Below are positions 25,285-30,615 of a DNA stretch of 30,615 nt, one piece after another; positions within the stretch are counted from its first letter, which is position 1, and every line of letters starts with the position of its first letter. Under the pieces are notes generated by a model, which saw only the letters and a list, made by a program, of their open reading frames with translations, did no database searches and was not told the DNA's origin. Position numbers and translations under genes: made by a program. Origin of the DNA: Myxococcota bacterium (lineage in GTDB: Bacteria; Myxococcota_A; UBA796; CAJQPC01); assembly GCA_036012755.1 (NCBI GenBank), contig DASCPX010000018.1:1-30615 (forward strand), read 5' to 3'.

Positions 25285-26013
25285 TGCGCTGGACCCTGCT
25301 GGTGTTCGGAGTGTTCGCCCTGGCCTGCACGAGCGGACGCGGGACGGAGGAGCCTCGGGACGACTGGATCGACGAGGTGCCCGGGGAATCCGACGATCTC
25401 TGCGGGAACGCCGTCGTCGACGAGGGCGAGGACTGCGATCCCGGCGCCGACGGCGACGACACGACCTGCGGTTGCCAGCCGGACTGCGCCTGGCAGTTCG
25501 AGGGCTTCCAGTGCAACGACGCGGAGACGTCTGCACGACCGACTCCTGCGACGAGTTCCCGGGGAGTGCCTCAACGAGCCCTGGACCGGAGAGGCGGAGG
25601 AGCTCTACGACATGGAGCTGTTGTCCGACCCCTCCACGCTGGATGTCGAGTTCCTCGACACGGACACGGTCTGGGTGGGGGACACGCCGGTCGAGGTCGC
25701 CCAGATCGCCTTCACCTCCTACCAGTCCACCGACTGCGAGATCGGGACCATCCGCCTCGAGGGCTCCCTCGCGGCGATCCGGGCGATCACGCTGCTCGAG
25801 GACTGGGTGGGAGTGGACGACAGCCGCCTCGGCGTCTGGGGCCACTCCGGCTCGGACATTGGAGCGGGGCTCGCGGCCGGTGTGGACTCGCGGATCTCGC
25901 TGGCGGTGATCGAGCCCAGCTTCCCGGACCTCGGCGAGTCCCAGGAGCGCTTCGAGGAGACCTTGATCATGGACGCCGCCGTGCCCACGTTCGTGCTCGG
26001 GTGTGACGCGTGA
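25284..26013 (+). pseudogene. Lipoprotein with myxococcal Cys-rich repeats and a partial alpha/beta-hydrolase domain; two frameshifts and a probable internal deletion
   Basis: FALAC lipobox, CGNAVVDEGEDCD; removing 2 nt at 25521-25522 and at 25559-25560 restores CNDGDVCTTDSCDEFGECLNEP...; VDDSRLGVWGHS...LAAGVDSRI hydrolase segment is too short for a full fold. Confidence 0.75.
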
Positions 26014-26647
26014 CTCGGAATAGAGTCACGCGATGCCCGACGGCTCCCCCTTGGAGGGTGACCCCGAGGCCCCAGGGATTGGCCGGCCGCCAGCTCCCCA
26101 TCGCGCCGATGTCCGCGACCCCTTCTTCCCCCAGGGCGCCCGCGAAGGGCTCGGGCGGATCGGGCCAGGGCCAGTCGTGGGGGTGCATCTTGTTGGTGAT
26201 GCCGAAGGGCAGCTTGAACTGTCCGGTGCGCAGGCCCAGGCCGCCGGGCAGGTGGACGAAGTCGACGTAGACCTCCTCCGGGACTCCTGCGAAGGCGGCG
26301 TGGGCCTCTTCCTCCTCTCCCTCCTCTCCCTCCTCTTCTACCGCTTCCAGCGGCGGCTCCTGCTCGAAGGCGATCACCGCCACCGCCTTGGCGTATGGGT
26401 CGACGTCGGCGCGGAGGTCGAGCTCCAGGGAGCGCAGCCAGGGGCCGGAGCGCGGATCGATGTCCGCGTCGTCGCCGGCCAGGGACAGCAGGCCGTCGCC
26501 GAAGACGGTGAGTCGGGGGTTGAAAGCGTTGGGCGAGGGGGCCGAAGATGCAGGCGGCTCCTGCTCCTCACCGAGGAAGTCGTCGACCTCGTCGGCAGAG
26601 GGAGGGTCCCCTGCCAGGGCCATCGAGGCCATGAACAGGAACATCAC
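25967..26647 (-). pseudogene. 3'-truncated outer membrane beta-barrel protein of the type found in putative Zn/metal-uptake loci
   Basis: Signal peptide; NAFNPRLTV, LELDLRADVDPY, EEVYVDF, GQFKLPFGITNKMHPHDWPW; similarity ends near 26035 with no C-terminal aromatic strand. Confidence 0.65.
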
Positions 26648-26680
26648 GCATCCGAGTCAAGGGGGATCTGGAGGGCTTTC

Positions 26681-27005
26681 TCAGATCCGCGCGGGGGGCG
26701 ATGTCTTCGGAGCGTGGAGGAGGACGTCCTCGGCCGCGATCACGCTGGCGAGCACGGGTGAGTCGACGACGGGAGGGGACACGCGGTCGGTCTGCAGCCC
26801 CGGCCCGGCGAGCGCGACGGCCTGGACGAGGCCGTCCAGGAGGCAGCCGTGGCGGTGGGCGGGCGCGAGATCCTCTGCGCGCAGCGTGTCGACAACGTCC
26901 GCGGCGCCTTCCGCGCCGATCTCCACGATCTCGCCATGGTCCGTGCACTGCACGTGTCGGACGGACAGGTCGTGGATCGACGAGGCGATGCTGCTGCCCA
27001 CCCAG
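26681..27005 (-). pseudogene. Small His/Cys protein (HxxCxxHGE...HGC...APKTSPP) missing its N-terminus
   Basis: Motif pattern typical of small proteins preceding metal-uptake outer membrane genes; start region replaced by the DUF1697 fragment. Confidence 0.55.
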
Positions 27006-27194
27006 GCTGGCCTCGAGCCCCTCCTCGATGCGTCTGCAGAGCCCCTCGCGCGGCTCGTCGGCGAAGAGCACGTTGCCGCTTGCCCGGTAGGTCGACACCC
27101 GCGCCAAGCCCAGCCCGACGAAGACCTCGGCGAGCTCCGCGTTCGTGATCCGGCGGCGACCGAGGTTCATTCCCCGCAGGAACGCGACGAGCAT
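27000..27194 (-). pseudogene. N-terminal 65 aa of a DUF1697-family protein
   Basis: MLVAFLRGMNLG...LAEVFVGLGLARVSTYRASGNVLF matches the family start; frame turns to nonsense after EASLG. Confidence 0.75.
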
Positions 27195-27222
27195 GGAGGC
27201 TCCTATCGCGGCATGATGAGGC

Positions 27223-28371
27223 GTGGACTGCCTGCTGCCGATGGCGCTCTCGGGTGCGCTGTCGCTCCCTCATCCGGACCTCGACGGCCCGGTCCCACCC
27301 CCCGGTCCGGGGAAGGTGATCCTGGGCGACCAGCCCGAAAACGCCGTCATCAGCGAGAACTTCGTCGTCTCCTGGGACAGCGCGGGTGACCAGGCGGCGG
27401 CCGAGTCCGCCAGCCTCGCCCTGGAAGAGGGCTGGGCGGCGCTCGTCGAGGAGGAGGGCTGGGCCGCGCCGGTGTCCTCTGAGGAGTACCTGTTGCGGGT
27501 CGTGCTCTTCGACCTCGGCGGCTCGGGGGTCACGACAGAGGTGGACTCCTCGCTCTTCCCAGAGGGTGTCCCGGTCATCTACGTGAACCCGGCGTTCGCG
27601 AGCAACGACGACTTCTGGCGGCATCTCTGCGTCCACGAGTTCGCCCACGCGCTCCAGTTCAAGCTGCGCGATGTGTGGACCTCGACCCCCCGCGAGGCCT
27701 GGTACTGGGAGGCCAGCGCCGAGTGGCAGGTGGAGCAGGCGCTCCCGGAGCTCGACGTCTACGCCATGCAGACCGCCTACTACGCCTGGCAGACCCAGCT
27801 GCGCTTCGACAGCACCAGCGGCAGCCACCAGTACGGCATGGTCGCGCTCAACGCCTACCTCGAAGGCCAGTGGGGTCCAGGTGGACTGCGCGAGGTCTGG
27901 GAGGCCAGCTCCGACGGCGACCCGTGGCTCGATCTCATAGGTGACGCCGAGCAGATCTGGCCCGCCTTCACCCACGCCTACGGCAACGCCCTGCTCCCCG
28001 AGTCGAGCCTCTACGAGCCCGTGATCCCGACCACCCTGAAGGACGGCTCCAGCGGGACCCTGGACACCCTCGGGAGCCACTACCTCCGGGCCGAGACCGA
28101 CACCCACGTCCGCGCCGAGGGTCCCGTGCTCCTCAGCGCGGAGTGGCTCGTCGAGGGACAGCTGCTGGCGGTCACCGGGCTCGAGGACGGCTCCAGCTAC
28201 ACCCTCGAGATCTACGAGCCGGTCGACACGGGAGACGGACACACCGGCGACTCGATCAGCGAGGGCGACTCGGGCATCGAGAGTCCGCGAGGCTGCGGCT
28301 GCGGAGGCCCCGGCTCGGCGGGCATCCTCCTGACCTTGCTCGCCCTGGGTGGTCTTCGGCGCAGGCGGTGA
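27223..28371 (+). CDS. Surface zinc metallopeptidase with a MYXO-CTERM-like sorting signal
   Basis: HEFAH zinc motif, WYWEASAEW third ligand; C-terminal GCGCGG-hydrophobic-RRRR; start may be ATG 27241. Confidence 0.85.
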   Translation: MDCLLPMALSGALSLPHPDLDGPVPPPGPGKVILGDQPENAVISENFVVSWDSAGDQAAAESASLALEEGWAALVEEEGWAAPVSSEEYLLRVVLFDLGGSGVTTEVDSSLFPEGVPVIYVNPAFASNDDFWRHLCVHEFAHALQFKLRDVWTSTPREAWYWEASAEWQVEQALPELDVYAMQTAYYAWQTQLRFDSTSGSHQYGMVALNAYLEGQWGPGGLREVWEASSDGDPWLDLIGDAEQIWPAFTHAYGNALLPESSLYEPVIPTTLKDGSSGTLDTLGSHYLRAETDTHVRAEGPVLLSAEWLVEGQLLAVTGLEDGSSYTLEIYEPVDTGDGHTGDSISEGDSGIESPRGCGCGGPGSAGILLTLLALGGLRRRR

Positions 28372-28404
28372 ATAGAGCCGGCGGGTCACCGCGAGGCACC
28401 CGAG

Positions 28405-30162
<1,758 letters not shown>

Positions 30163-30615
30163 CGGTCGGAGTCTGTCGGGCCACTGCGAGCCGGCGCGAG
30201 TTCCGACGCAGTCGGGGCTGCGACGGGGTGAATGACGGCACGCGCGGCAGGCCGCCGGGGGAAGGGCAGTAGGCCCCTAGAAGGAAACGAGTGCCTCAGG
30301 GCCGCGCCCCGGCGCGCACCCAAGGCGTCGGTGAAAGGCGCGTCGCGACTTCTGCCGAGGGGCACTGGTCAGCCCGTAGATCGAAGGGGACGCCTCTCGT
30401 CACGGAGCCGTCGTCCCACCAGTCGTGCGCGTTCGAGGATCTCTACCAGTCAGTCGTGGAACGACGCTGCCCCGGCCGAAGCGGGACGATTCGTTGCGCA
30501 TCTTCGAGGGCTCCGCGTTGCCCCCGCTCCTGGCCCGGACAGTTTCTGACCGCCCTCCTCGATACAAGCACTGGTGCTCTCGTCAGAAGACCCCACCCCT
30601 GTCGCAGGCGCGCTG

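Noticed and set aside
30163..30615. Possible ORF from GTG 30291 after AGAAGGA, or a structured RNA downstream of aspS
   Set aside because: Frame is open to the window end but has weak codon bias and no recognisable domain; no RNA family motif recognised

Overview
High-GC bacterial window, most likely Myxococcota (MYXO-CTERM-like C-terminal sorting signals, a myxococcal Cys-rich repeat, many acidic lipoproteins with Asp-X linkers). Housekeeping genes ssb (partial), rocD and aspS frame an accessory region. Its intact core is a Cu(I)/Ag(I)-type RND efflux operon (TolC family, CusB with three heavy-metal-binding motifs, CusA) on the minus strand. It has a clear sigma-54 promoter and converges on a sigma-54 response regulator plus a His-rich membrane kinase. 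A near-identical 16-bp palindrome lies upstream of both units. The CusA carries a roughly 64-aa insertion with two EF-hand-like loops. Nearby, a 2.07-kb AT-richer segment sits between exact 22-bp direct repeats that duplicate the start of an NlpC/P60 gene. It holds a XerC/XerD dif-like site, a Zn-ribbon/LRR/TonB-C fusion gene and a tmRNA-3'-like remnant, but no integrase. Several other genes look broken by stops, frameshifts or deletions (FecA-like receptor, cytochrome c, Ser/Thr kinase, hydrolase, metal-uptake outer-membrane protein, DUF1697). All calls come from reading the sequence by eye; no searches were run.
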